A DNA stretch of 64,000 bases, taken from the NCBI GenBank assembly GCA_977018835.1, contig OZ361260.1, positions 434,001-498,000 on the forward strand. The letters run 5' to 3'. Origin of the DNA: Minutocellus sp. GHC0000111. Lineage: Eukaryota. The position numbers and the translations under genes are program-made. Below are positions 21,285 to 32,445 of the stretch, piece after piece. The notes under the pieces were generated by a model. The model saw only the letters and a list, made by a program, of their open reading frames with translations, was not told the origin of the DNA and did not search any database. Numbering within the stretch: the first letter of the stretch is position 1; each line of letters opens with the position of its first letter.

Positions 21285-22280
21285 TTAATTTTCGGGCGAA
21301 AAGTCGGTTTCACAGCCATCACTTGGTGAGCCGGCCGGGGTGATTTCGGCCTTCATCTGCTCATTCGTGAAGATGTTGTGCTCAGTGCGGAAAGCTTGGT
21401 CGGTAGCAGCGGCGGTACAGTCGTTATCCCAGCAGGAGAGGGTCGTACCAACACCACCGTTGTTATTCAAAGAGTTCAGAGAATCTCCACCGTAGTACTC
21501 TTGGCAGAAGTAGGGATTGGCAACCTGGATACTGGGTTCGAGAAGGCCTTGCTGGCCGCCGTTGATGAAGCCATTCCAGTCCATGAGGACGTTCCAGAGC
21601 TCGTTGTTGTCGGCGGGGTTGGCGGTGGTGCCCTTCTTGAACTTGACAATGTCGACAGGGTAGTCAACGTACATCTCATCAGCAAGATCCTCGTTGTTGA
21701 CCATCTTCATCTGGGGGAGCTTGCCCTCGGTACCAGCGCCATCGCAAACGAGCTGGTAGAGGAAGGTGTGGGTCTTCTCGTTGTAGAAGAAGAGGTAGGG
21801 TCGCTCGTCGGAGAACTTCGCGTAGTCGGTGTCAATGTTCTCGCCGATGCAGATGTGGGTAGTACCAGCGTAGGTGCACGCTCTATCGGCCCAGCCCTCG
21901 TCGTTTTCGATACATCGCTCTCCATCGGTGGTGGAAAGGAAGGCAGGTCCAATGAGAGGATAGCGCTTGGTGGCAGGGTCGATGACGACGGGGTAGTTAC
22001 CTTCAGTGCATCCACTGAAGTCAGCAGCAGGGAATTCCTGGACTGCGTCGGTCGACAGCTCTTCGACGCCGAAGCGCCACTCGCCGAAGTAGCCACCGTT
22101 GTCACGGCAGATGCCGGCGCCGACGGTCATGCAGGTGTACTCGCCGTGGTCGGGAATCTTGATGCGTTTGTGCTCGCAGGAGACTCCAGGCTCATCGAGA
22201 GGAGGGACACAGTATCCCCACATGGCGCTAGCGGAGGAGACGGTGACGGCGGCAACGAGAGTCTGCAGAGAGAACTTCAT
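21285..22280 (-). CDS. Secreted acidic Cys-rich protein of unknown function, copy 1 (intact, 331 aa)
   Basis: Signal peptide MKFSLQTLVAAVTVSSASA; many Cys; D/E-rich; strong C-ending codon bias; no introns. Confidence 0.85.
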   Translation of the reverse strand: MKFSLQTLVAAVTVSSASAMWGYCVPPLDEPGVSCEHKRIKIPDHGEYTCMTVGAGICRDNGGYFGEWRFGVEELSTDAVQEFPAADFSGCTEGNYPVVIDPATKRYPLIGPAFLSTTDGERCIENDEGWADRACTYAGTTHICIGENIDTDYAKFSDERPYLFFYNEKTHTFLYQLVCDGAGTEGKLPQMKMVNNEDLADEMYVDYPVDIVKFKKGTTANPADNNELWNVLMDWNGFINGGQQGLLEPSIQVANPYFCQEYYGGDSLNSLNNNGGVGTTLSCWDNDCTAAATDQAFRTEHNIFTNEQMKAEITPAGSPSDGCETDFSPEN

Positions 22281-22966
22281 GGTTATATTGACGATTGTTT
22301 TGTGTTGTATTAGGAGGCAAGTAGATCGAATCGATTATGTGGTGTTTCGTCCGAGGACTGCTTGTCGAATAATGAACCAATTGAGGGCTTCGAGTGTGAT
22401 TGTGGTAGTGGCTGTGCAGTGATAGCGCGTAGATTCTTTCCTGAATCATGCTGTCAAGTGCGCAGTGAGTTTTCAGATGCGCACTGCCAAACGCTGGCTT
22501 TCACTTGGCGCAGGTGCGGGGCAACAAGTCCGTGAGGAGAAATGTGAGAGGATTTTATCCAAATATTCAGAGCTGGATATCGTATAAACACGTAAATTAC
22601 GAGAAACCTCTGTATAACTCCGTTTTTCATGGACACCTATAATTTCTGGTATGTAAAAGTCCTCAAACACCTGAATTAGAGTGTTTTGATTTTTGAACGG
22701 TGCGCCAAGTGGCCCAGCCAACGTGAAATCGAGCTGGAATCTTGGCCTCGTAGGACCTCCGCGGTGCGCCACATTGCTGGATCATACCTGCAGCGGTGCG
22801 CATATTACGACCGGCAACGCGCACCAAGACAGCTTATTGCGACCACCTACCACAATCTCTAAATTTCTCACTTTTGCTTCCTGACGAAACCCAAGCCATC
22901 CACCAACAAAGAAGAGTTTAGTCTCATTCTCCCACAATACAACACAAAACAATCGTCAATACAACC

Positions 22967-23961
22967 ATGAAGTTCTCTCTGCAGACTCTCGTTGCCGCCG
23001 TCACCGTCTCCTCCGCTAGCGCCATGTGGGGATACTGGGTCCCTCCTCTCGATGAGCCTGGAGTCTCCTGCGAGCACAAACGCATCAAGATTCCCGACCA
23101 CGGCGAGTACACCTGCATGACCGTCGGCGCCGGCATCTGCCGTGACAACGGTGGCTACTTCGGCGAGTGGCGCTTCGGCGTCGAAGAGCTGTCGACCGAC
23201 GCAGTCCAGGAATTCCCTGCTGCTGACTTCAGTGGATGCACTGAAGGTAACTACCCCGTCGTCATCGACCCTGCCACCAAGCGCTATCCTCTCATTGGAC
23301 CTGCCTTCCTTTCCACCACCGATGGAGAGCGATGTATCGAAAACGACGAGGGCTGGGCCGATAGAGCGTGCACCTACGCTGGTACTACCCACATCTGCAT
23401 CGGCGAGAACATTGACACCGACTACGCGAAGTTCTCCGACGAGCGACCCTACCTCTTCTTCTACAACGAGAAGACCCACACCTTCCTCTACCAGCTCGTT
23501 GCGATGGCGCTGGTACCGAGGGCAAGCTCCCCCAGATGAAGATGGTCAACAACGAGGATCTTGCTGATGAGATGTACGTTGACTACCCTGTCGACATTGT
23601 CAAGTTCAAGAAGGGCACCACCGCCAACCCCGCCGACAACAACGAGCTCTGGAACGTCCTCATGGACTGGAATGGCTTCATCAACGGCGGCCAGCAAGGC
23701 CTTCTCGAACCCAGTATCCAGGTTGCCAATCCCTACTTCTGCCAAGAGTACTACGGTGGAGATTCTCTGAACTCTTTGAATAACAACGGTGGTGTTGGTA
23801 CGACCCTCTCCTGCTGGGATAACGACTGTACCGCCGCTGCTACCGACCAAGCTTTCCGCACTGAGCACAACATCTTCACGAATGAGCAGATGAAGGCCGA
23901 AATCACCCCGGCCGGCTCACCAAGTGATGGCTGTGAAACCGACTTTTCGCCCGAAAATTAA
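22967..23961 (+). CDS. Secreted acidic Cys-rich protein, copy 2 (1-nt deletion at 23499-23500; Cys>Trp near the N-terminus)
   Basis: Near-identical inverted copy of 21285-22280, split into ORFs 22967-23539 and 23536-23961 by TTT>TT. Confidence 0.85.
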
Positions 23962-24847
23962 AACAGGGCAAACCCATATTTCTTCTCTCTGATTTCAAAT
24001 GCACCATTGCGATGAAGCAAAAACGAAAACAAACACCCTGGGCATTTGATATCTCTCATGTAGTATAGATTTTAAAATGAGTTTTTATGGTTTGATTACA
24101 CCTGTCGAATGTAGATACTACGTAACTAAGTAGGCCTACATCCAAGCACGGCTGCCATTAGCAATCACCTCTGGCACAGCAGGAATGGTAGGGATCGTAG
24201 GTATTGCCACAGCAGGGAGTAGGGATACTACGTAACTAAGTAGGCCTACATCCAAGCACAGCTGCCATTAGCAATCACCTCTGGCACAGCAGGAATGGTA
24301 GGGATCGTAGGTATTGCCACAGCACGGCGGTACCAGACCAGGAACACCTCCGCAGTCAAAGACGCCCATGCGTTCTGGCTGGGGTGGCTTGCTGGCCCAG
24401 TGAAGGCTTTACGCCATTGCTCTTGGGTCAGGCGGCCTTTTACCACACATAGGTACTAGATCTAGTAGCAGCAGCAATTCCTCGCCTATACTATTGTTAC
24501 AAAAGGTCTATGTATAGATACCGCCCTACAGTTTGCTCACAAACTGATTTACCAAATTGAATTGGTAGTGGGCCAGCAGAATAAAGTAAATTCATTCTGA
24601 GGTTTTATTCTCCAGTTGGCCTGAGTTTCCCATCCAAAGTTTCTCGGAGGTGTAAATCTCTCCCGCGAGAGTAGGGTAATGCAAATACCCGAACTCTAAC
24701 CTCCTATGAAAGCAATAATAAAATAAATCAACCAAAATTGTTTTGCGCATGATAAAGTGACTTGAAAGAACCTCGTTCAAGACCCAACGTATCCTCTACC
24801 CTAGCTCCCCACTTTTCAGCATCTCGAGCCTCCACCATCCAGGTCTG

Positions 24848-25335
24848 TTAATTCACGGACCCGACGTCGTCGAAACCAAAGAAGCGAAGGGTGTTCCGGT
24901 AGCCATGCCGTAGCGTCTGGCAAGGTCGCCCCCGTGCTTGGTTGGAGTGGGTTGATCTGATCGTAGGGTCACCCGGTGGCTTGACCCATGATGCCAAAAG
25001 GGCTCGTATATACCTATGCTTGCCTGCACACCAGTGAGCATTCATTCGGGCGATCTTGTGAGGATATCGTGCTCGACGGAGCTCGTACATGTCGCGCATG
25101 GTCGAGATCTTAGCTCTCTCCCTAATCTCCGAGTTGCGAATTCTCTGCATTCTGGAGATGCGAAAAATAGATCGAAGACAGGTGTGATGGAAGCTCTCGA
25201 GTTGACGTCTATGTCTCGCCGCCATGCCCCAAGTCTCACAGCCCCAAAGGAGGGTGTTGACGATGACTGCCTTGTAGAACTTGACTCGGATCTCAAGCGG
25301 CATGTCTCGATTCTGGAATATCGCCCGCCGCCATG
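24848..25335 (-). mobile_element. 5'-truncated non-LTR retrotransposon (RTE-like LINE) fragment, post-RT C-terminal region
   Basis: IFQNRDMPLEIRVKFYKAVIVNTLLWGCETW...LESFHHTCLRSIFRIS...IRNSEIRER...RGRP is typical of the LINE ORF region downstream of RT. Confidence 0.8.
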
Positions 25336-25406
25336 TATAGAACTGTTGTCTATAGGTACTAGTAGTAGATCTATCTTTATAGCAACTTTTCTCACGTCAA
25401 TTGTTT

Positions 25407-27188
25407 TTACTCCTCTTCGTCATCAATTTCCTCCTCTTCGATATCATCTTCTTCGTCGTCCCCATAATCATCTTCTTCCTCTTCCCAATTCTCTTCATCG
25501 TAGTCCTCATCATCGTCTTCTAGCTCTTCTTCCCCATATTCATCTTCTTCGTATTCATACTCATCCAGATCTTCATCGTCTGCCTGCATAGTTACATCCT
25601 GACGAGCACCGACGCTAGAACCCTTACTTACTTCTTCCACGAATTCCTTCTCCATTTGTTTCACCACATTTTGCACTGCCTGGCGATCCTTGGCCTTGGT
25701 ATCGGGCAGTCGTACAACTTCAACCATATTATTTGGTATTGTGACCATCCGACCATTCTGATTGATGATAATATCAAGGACATTGCGATCCATAAGCTTG
25801 CCCTTGAGGACACGGTTGGATTCCCAAGGATCGCGAGTGTGGACAAACACATCTCTGCCCCGAGCATTGTCGAATTCCCGCTGCGTTTCAATCACCTGAA
25901 CGTCAAAATTGGCACTAGTCAAGATAATTTCATGTCTCTCAATAACATCCAGCTCGGCATCGACCTCCTTATCCTCGAGGGCGTCGGTGATGGCCTTGCC
26001 AATAAGGCCCAATCGCTCGGCGTAGTCCTGAGTAATGCCATCCGCACGGACGTCCATATCGTTGAGCTTGGGATTGGCTCCCTGATACTCCTCGACGACT
26101 CTATACTTCTCAAGGATGTACTGCTTGTACTCCTCAAGGCGGGTGGGCTCCAGCCCCCAACCAATGTTGCACAGCTTGAGGGCAGCCGTCAGATCGTCTT
26201 CGGAAGGTTCCGTAATGATTGGTTCCCCATCCTCGTCGTAATCGTACTGGGGTCGGATGGAGTAGCCGTACCTTCTCTCCAACAGGTCTTCGAATTCTTC
26301 AATGTCCTTGACGTATCCATCGTACCTGACCTGCATGCATTCCTTAATGTTGTGAGGCTGGACGATGTCGGGGAGCTTGAGGAGACGGTCGGTACTGCTC
26401 TTCTTGGCAGCGGCCTCCTCCTTTTCGGCCATGTAAGTAAAGACGGCCTCGGACCTGGAGGGACGGACCTTGATACGGGGAAGCTCCTCGCCGGTTTCCT
26501 CGTCATATTCTGGCTCGTAATCCTCATCGTCTTCGTCCTCCTCCTCATCCTCGGCCGAGCGGGCGTACTCCTCACCGCCGTAGGCGCCAAGCTCCTTCCC
26601 TGCAGGGTCGTTGTCATCAACTGGCCCATCCAGGAAGACATTCGTCTTGCTATTGGTAACGTCGACCCGAATGTCGGGCACGTTCCCCATCCTATCCTCA
26701 CCCTCCTCCGTATCTCTGATGACCGTGTCGAGGTTGGGGCTGAGGGTAATCACGACAAAGGTGGCATACCACGTCACGTCCTCGACGTATCCTCCCACAC
26801 TGCCGGCGGCCTGCTCAATGATGTACTCGGCCTCGAGGCGCCACTGGGCGTCGACGGGGTCGCCGCAGCCGTTCAGCTCTCCACGACGCCACGGCTGGTG
26901 GTCGATGCCAGCGTGGTTGGATTCGTCGTAGGCCATCATGTCCTCGACGTCGGACGTTTCAACGATCACAGGGTCGAATGGTGGACGTTCCGGCGTCGGC
27001 TCGTCAATGTCAACGACCTTGGATGGTTTCGGCGGACTGGATGCCGATAGGGCAGTGGAACTAGTATGAAACGCCCGGCGGCTTGCTGATGGAACAAACG
27101 CCAAAGTTGTGGTGGTCGACGCGGTCAGAATGGTTGCCGCAAGGGCAACGCTGAGCACGCCTGTCGCCGCTGATGATGGTCTGGACAT
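25407..27188 (-). CDS. rimP: Plastid ribosome maturation factor RimP-like protein with acidic insertions and acidic tail
   Basis: Bipartite TLA-FVP presequence; HEIILTS...IETQREFDNARGRDVFVHT...VLKGKLMDR...VTIPNNMVEVVRL resembles RimP N- and C-domains. Confidence 0.7.
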   Translation of the reverse strand: MSRPSSAATGVLSVALAATILTASTTTTLAFVPSASRRAFHTSSTALSASSPPKPSKVVDIDEPTPERPPFDPVIVETSDVEDMMAYDESNHAGIDHQPWRRGELNGCGDPVDAQWRLEAEYIIEQAAGSVGGYVEDVTWYATFVVITLSPNLDTVIRDTEEGEDRMGNVPDIRVDVTNSKTNVFLDGPVDDNDPAGKELGAYGGEEYARSAEDEEEDEDDEDYEPEYDEETGEELPRIKVRPSRSEAVFTYMAEKEEAAAKKSSTDRLLKLPDIVQPHNIKECMQVRYDGYVKDIEEFEDLLERRYGYSIRPQYDYDEDGEPIITEPSEDDLTAALKLCNIGWGLEPTRLEEYKQYILEKYRVVEEYQGANPKLNDMDVRADGITQDYAERLGLIGKAITDALEDKEVDAELDVIERHEIILTSANFDVQVIETQREFDNARGRDVFVHTRDPWESNRVLKGKLMDRNVLDIIINQNGRMVTIPNNMVEVVRLPDTKAKDRQAVQNVVKQMEKEFVEEVSKGSSVGARQDVTMQADDEDLDEYEYEEDEYGEEELEDDDEDYDEENWEEEEDDYGDDEEDDIEEEEIDDEEE

Positions 27189-27876
27189 GATGATGGTGTG
27201 ATGTTTTTTCTGATTGGCTCCGAAGTACGCTGTGATGCAATGGGCGTTACACGTTGACAACTTGAGATGTGAAGCAGAGAGCTTCAAGTGCGCCGAGATA
27301 GCAAGCGAGGCAAAGAGGGATGGCGATGATGCCTAATGGGGCAACAATATGATGTACCAATGGTATTCCTGGTCAACCACGCAGGCCGGCCGATGAAGGA
27401 AGCCCACTTGACTTCTGCGGCTCACGACAGTCAGGCACTTTCGACGGTCGAAAAATAGAAAAAGACCGTACAACAGAGAGTGGCGTATTGTCTGCATGCA
27501 GAGCCAGCCCAAGGAAGATGGCAAGAGACACACACTGGATCTGTTCCGGAATACTTTTAAAATACTTGCAATACCGGTACATTCATTCGAGCTCTATCGA
27601 ATCTTTACATTAACTACAGCCCTTGCAGCAATCTAATGGACATGTGTCCAGTATGCTCCACCGAAAGCAATAGATCTAGACTTTCACATGAATCAGTGCC
27701 ACCAGTACCGGTACCACCGGCACATTCGGCAGTTCTATTCCTCCACCACAGCAAGATCCCCAGCTTGCCGAATCAATCCATCAACACTCCCACCTGTACC
27801 AAAGTGTCCCTCGGGCGACCAGCTTTCATGCATGCGCCTCATGTAGTCAGAGCTGGCTTCATTTGTTCCAGCCTCA

Positions 27877-29459
27877 TTAATTGCATTCTTCCGAGGCTTC
27901 CTGATGACTAGTCCGAGCTCCACCGAGACCACCAGCAACACTCTTCATTTTCATTTCCCTCAGCTGCTCTCTAGCATTTCCATCTGATAATTTATTGCCC
28001 TTGTTGCCTGTATCTTCGTGACCGCTGTTTCCCTGTAGATCATGAAGGTCAAGCGACACGGCGCTCCTTCCACTGGTTACTGAAAAATTGTCATCGCAGC
28101 CTTCCGTTGCTGCCTTCGTCAAGGATGAGATCTCTCTCTGCTGAAGATAGTTTTCTTCCTCTAGCCACTTGATTTGTTGCTCTTTTTCCTTCATGTCATC
28201 ATCATATTTTTCCTTGAGCGCTGCATTTTCCTTCGCTAGAGCGGCAATGCATTCCTCTAGTTTGAACATATCTCTCGCAGCTGATTTTGCAGCCTCCGAG
28301 GCAGCCAGATGCTTTTCTTCTCCATCTGCGGTCTCGCCTTGCTCTACCGCCGCCGTCGCCGAACCGATAGCAGTCAGCTGCTGGAGAGTGCCCTCCAATT
28401 CTCGCAGCGCTTCCTGGTAAATGTCAGAGCTTTCCTGCAAGTTGGTGATCTCCCTCTCCTTATCCTCCATCTTATTCTGCAACTCAATCTTTTCCTTGGA
28501 ATGTTTCTTGTCCATCGCTGCAATCTGATTCAGCAAAATTACCTCATTTTTCGTTCGCTCTTCCAATTGTACCTCGCATTCCTGACGCACACCAGCAATA
28601 ACAGCATCCGAGGACTGCTTGATGACGACAGCTTGATTGGTCAAGGCCTCCATCCGTTGCAGGGAGCGCGATAGCTGTCTTCTCAGTCTGGCAATCACTC
28701 TCGCATCACCGATCTTGGACGAAGTAGTTCCGTGCGAAGCCAGCGAGGCCAAAGATTCATGCCCATTGAAAGACGAAAGTGCAATATGCCTGGAACTGAG
28801 AGACTTTTGAGGTTTCTTGTTCGATGCTGCACTTAGATGACAACCAGACCCATTTCCTTCTTCATCAAGCGTGAGACTTGTAGTACTCTCCTCTCCACCG
28901 CTGTTGATGCTTACCAGATCGCCGCCGTGCCGGGCATCACTCGTCATGGCCGCATCCGCAATGATTTCATCGACCAGTTCATCAAACTGTTCCTCTGCCT
29001 GCTCATTAGCGGTGAGAGATCGCTGAACGGCCAACAGCTGCTTCTGCAAGGCCTCATTCTGCTCCTCTGATTCGCGAATGTTGATCTTGTAGAGCGCTTC
29101 ATTCTTCATCCGGTCGGCCCTGAGCGCATCGAGCTCGGACTGAAGTTCTTGAATTTTCCTGGAGAGGTCATCAACATCATCGTCACGATCAGTCTGGATG
29201 GCATCGAGCTGTTCTCGCGTCTCTGCCAGCACTGCAAGTATGGCATATGTAGTATTTGTATGTTTTTGTGTGTCAATCGAAGAAATAAACAAAGATGAGA
29301 TCCAATCAAAATGGCCACAAGGGCAGATGATAATCTGCAAATCATTCCCACGTGGGTGTACTTACATCTTTTGAGCTTGGCAATCTGATAGTCCTTTAAT
29401 TTGACCCGTTCAGAGACAGCAGCTCTATTGTTCGGTCCAGAAGCGGCTGCCACATACAT
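27877..29459 (-). CDS. Coiled-coil protein of unknown function (2 exons)
   Basis: Intron 29232-29365 (GTAAGT...TTGCAG) joins KLKDYQIAKLKR to LLAETREQLD; heptad-rich sequence; start uncertain. Confidence 0.65.
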
Positions 29460-29814
29460 CGGCCCCCGAAGATGGCGCCACTCCGAAGCGATCGAGAAAG
29501 AATGACATGCCGTAGAGAGACGAAACAAAAGGACCCCTTGCTTGCGCTCGGCTTGCCTGTATCCAATACTAAGATAATTAATTGCCTTCAACTTGTCTGC
29601 TTTGCCTCTTCACACATTCGGAATCAAATCTGGAATCCTACATGTGTTCCGATGCCATGGTATGTATCTGCCGCGCATCCGAATTATTTATGCCCCGCGC
29701 ATGCACTCATTCCCAACTTTTTCGCCATCCATACAAACCGGCCCATTGAACTCAACAATCATGCTACTGGCTACTACTAGCTAGCTAGACTAGACTAGCT
29801 AGCCAGAAAGAGTC

Positions 29815-30897
29815 ATGGTCCTAATAAAGGCAAAACAGAATGACAGCGCCTCGATCGGCGGCATCTTTAGTCGAACAATTGGTCTTTGCATAGCTGCAGT
29901 ATGTCTCGGTGCCGCCATTCTCTTGCTCCTCACTTCCAGAGCCGATCTCCAAACAATAGCGATAACTTCTTCCTACTCGTTACTATCGCCCGACGTTTAA
30001 AAATATCTGCAGATGGGCGACAATCTGAGGGGGACTTCGAGGTCTGCTGCCAGCACCAGCATTCATGGGAGCGGCGATAATGGGGGCTTCAGCAAGACAC
30101 GGAACAACCCAACCAAAAAAATAGAACCGGCAATACCTCGCATCCTCATCTTTACGCACAAACAAAATCTGCTTGAAACGAAAGAACCCCGAGTATTATA
30201 TGACAATGTAATGAACACAATCAGCGTATACAAAAAGTATTGGAACGATGATTCCATAGAAGTTCAATTCTTGGACGACGATCAATGCCGTGAAAAGATA
30301 AAGAAGGCATATTCCCGCCTTGTACCTCACTTTGATGATGAAAAGTCAGGCCCATACAAAGCGGATATATGCCGGATAGCAGCACTTTACCTTTCTGGAG
30401 GCTATTATTTCGATGTAGACCTGCAGGCCATAAAGCCCGTGGATGTTGCACACAATGTAACCTTCCTTACCGTGGAAGAACGGACACGCTCGGTGCTGAA
30501 CAACGGCGGTGCTGCCCTGTCACCACAGGATCTGGCAGCGCTGCGGAAAATGTTTGAGGGAAATTTCTTCCAGGCATTCTTGGCAACGACACCCAAGCAC
30601 CCCGTCCTCAAGGAGGCCTTTCGGCTGATGTTTCAGTATTATCAAGAGGAATTCGATATTGGGGCATCACTGATGGGAGTCAAAACTCTCGGAGAAGCAT
30701 TCAAAAATGTGGACGAAGAAGAGCGAGGGGTGGTTAGATTATTGAAAGAAATGAAGAATGTCGAAAACAACAAGTTTGGAGAGCCCTGGTACCCCGATAC
30801 ACCCAAGCAAGAGGGCGAGGCGGCAACCTGCAACTATATAGTCCACGACCCAAACATCCGAGAGGTTTACTTCTACAGTCGAGTCGTCTGCAAGTAG
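29815..30897 (+). CDS. GT32 (OCH1/SUR1-like DXD) glycosyltransferase, type II membrane protein; in-frame TAA at 29998-30000
   Basis: IPRILIFT, KADICRIAALYLSGGYYFDVD, FFQAFLATTPKHP; the upstream ORF 29815-30000 is in the same frame and supplies the TM anchor. Confidence 0.8.
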
Positions 30898-31086
30898 ACT
30901 AGAGGCCAATTACTAAATTGATTTGATAATCCCGTCTAAAATTACTGTACTAGTATTGCAGCTGCAGCTAGGCCCACTTTAATTTGAACGGCTGAGGCGG
31001 CCGTTTCCAACTTACTTCACCGAACAAAAAAAAAGTCACAAACCCACTGCATAAAAGTACCGGTGCATCACTGATCGCAGCTAATT

Positions 31087-32140
31087 CTAATACATCATGC
31101 CGCTACCGCCACCGAAGCCACCTCCTCCGGAGCCCTTGGGCGCCTTGAGCTTCTCTTCATTCTTCTCCACATTGTCAAGGACCGTGACGTAGTCGGTAAG
31201 GAGGAGGTTGATGGTAGCGAACAGGCTGGCGTAACACTGAACGTCGATGGCCAAGACGGCCTTGGAGCGGTGGACGTCCGTCTTGGATCCGTTGGACTCC
31301 TTCTCCTCCTTGGTCACATTGGTCGACGTCTTGGATTCGTCCCCATCCTTGCCGCCGGTCGAGTCGGTCTTGGACTCCGTCTTGGTCTGGCTGGACGACG
31401 TCTTGGGCAGTCCGAGCTTGTCGACGGCATCGGCCCGGCTGGAGTAGTACGAGGGGATCGACTCGAGCTTCTTGGTCAGCTCCTCGCGGGTCTCCTTCAG
31501 GAACTTGGCCACGGTCATTTGGACGGTGACGCCAAAGTTGTTGCCGTCCTCCATCTTGGGGATGTGCAGGGCGATGAATCGCTCGAAGGTCTGGATGTTG
31601 GAGATGGCCAGGGAAAGAAGATCACGAGTGGCAGGGATGGTCGAGGACAGGAGGGTGTTGGCAGCATCAAGGCTACGAAATATGAAGGGAGAGAGGATTC
31701 AAAAGGCAATGAGGGTGAGAGAACATGTTGGGGAGAAGAGAGAGGTCGTATCGAGCCTCATGGAAGGCCATGGAAGGCTGTGGAAGAGTGGGTCCTGCGG
31801 CCGCAACTGGCAAATGCCGAGTTGTGCAAATGATATGCACAACACCACCTCGTTCCTCCGGACACCACAAAAGCATTGAGAACAGATCTTTCGCCAAGTT
31901 TACCACACCAATTGGAAAACGCGGTCTCAAACAATCACTCATCGGCATAAACATAAATGGTGCTTACCCGTTTGCCTCCAGATCCGTCTTCATAGCGGCC
32001 TCAACTGCGGCCAGATCGGCGCCATGGGGATAGCTTGTAGCGATGACTGACTCGATAGCGGCGATGGTGTCCGGGCCCGACTTGAGGATGGCATCGGTGG
32101 CCTCGACGGACTTGGCCTTGAAGGAGGAGATGGTAGACAT
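31087..32140 (-). CDS. PSME3: Proteasome activator PA28/REG subunit (2 exons)
   Basis: FIALHIPKMEDGNNFGVTVQ activation loop, KNEEKLKAPK, C-terminal MMY; intron 31673-31967. Confidence 0.9.
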
Positions 32141-32445
32141 GGCGGATTGTTCTGCTTGGTACGCGAGCGATAGAAAGTAACGGTGGTCTGGCTTTTGGTT
32201 GCGCCGACAAAAAAAAAATGAGTGCCGAAGGAGAATCGAGCCGCAAAGATACGGTTTTGATTTTTATAAATATTTGTGCGAAGCACTGATAAAGCACAAA
32301 AAGCCCCTCTGCCTGCCCGCAAGCGTGGACTGAACTTCAAGGATGTGCATGGCGGAACGAACCTCTCAATCGCTATGCCCTCTCGACCTCTCCGTTCTCA
32401 CCATTCTCCTCACTCAACGAAGCCACATAAAAATTCAACCACAAC

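Larger units (their letters stand above)
20845..24401. repeat. Large inverted repeat: arms 20845-22311 and 22936-24401 (~1.47 kb each) around a 624-bp unique spacer
   Basis: The arms are reverse complements with only ~4 differences seen (including TGT/TGG Cys/Trp and a TTT/TT indel). Confidence 0.95.

Noticed and set aside
17761..27050. Long antisense ORFs (17761-18978, 21378-22313, 22868-23479, 25656-27050)
   Set aside because: They are shadows of strongly codon-biased sense genes and contain no motifs
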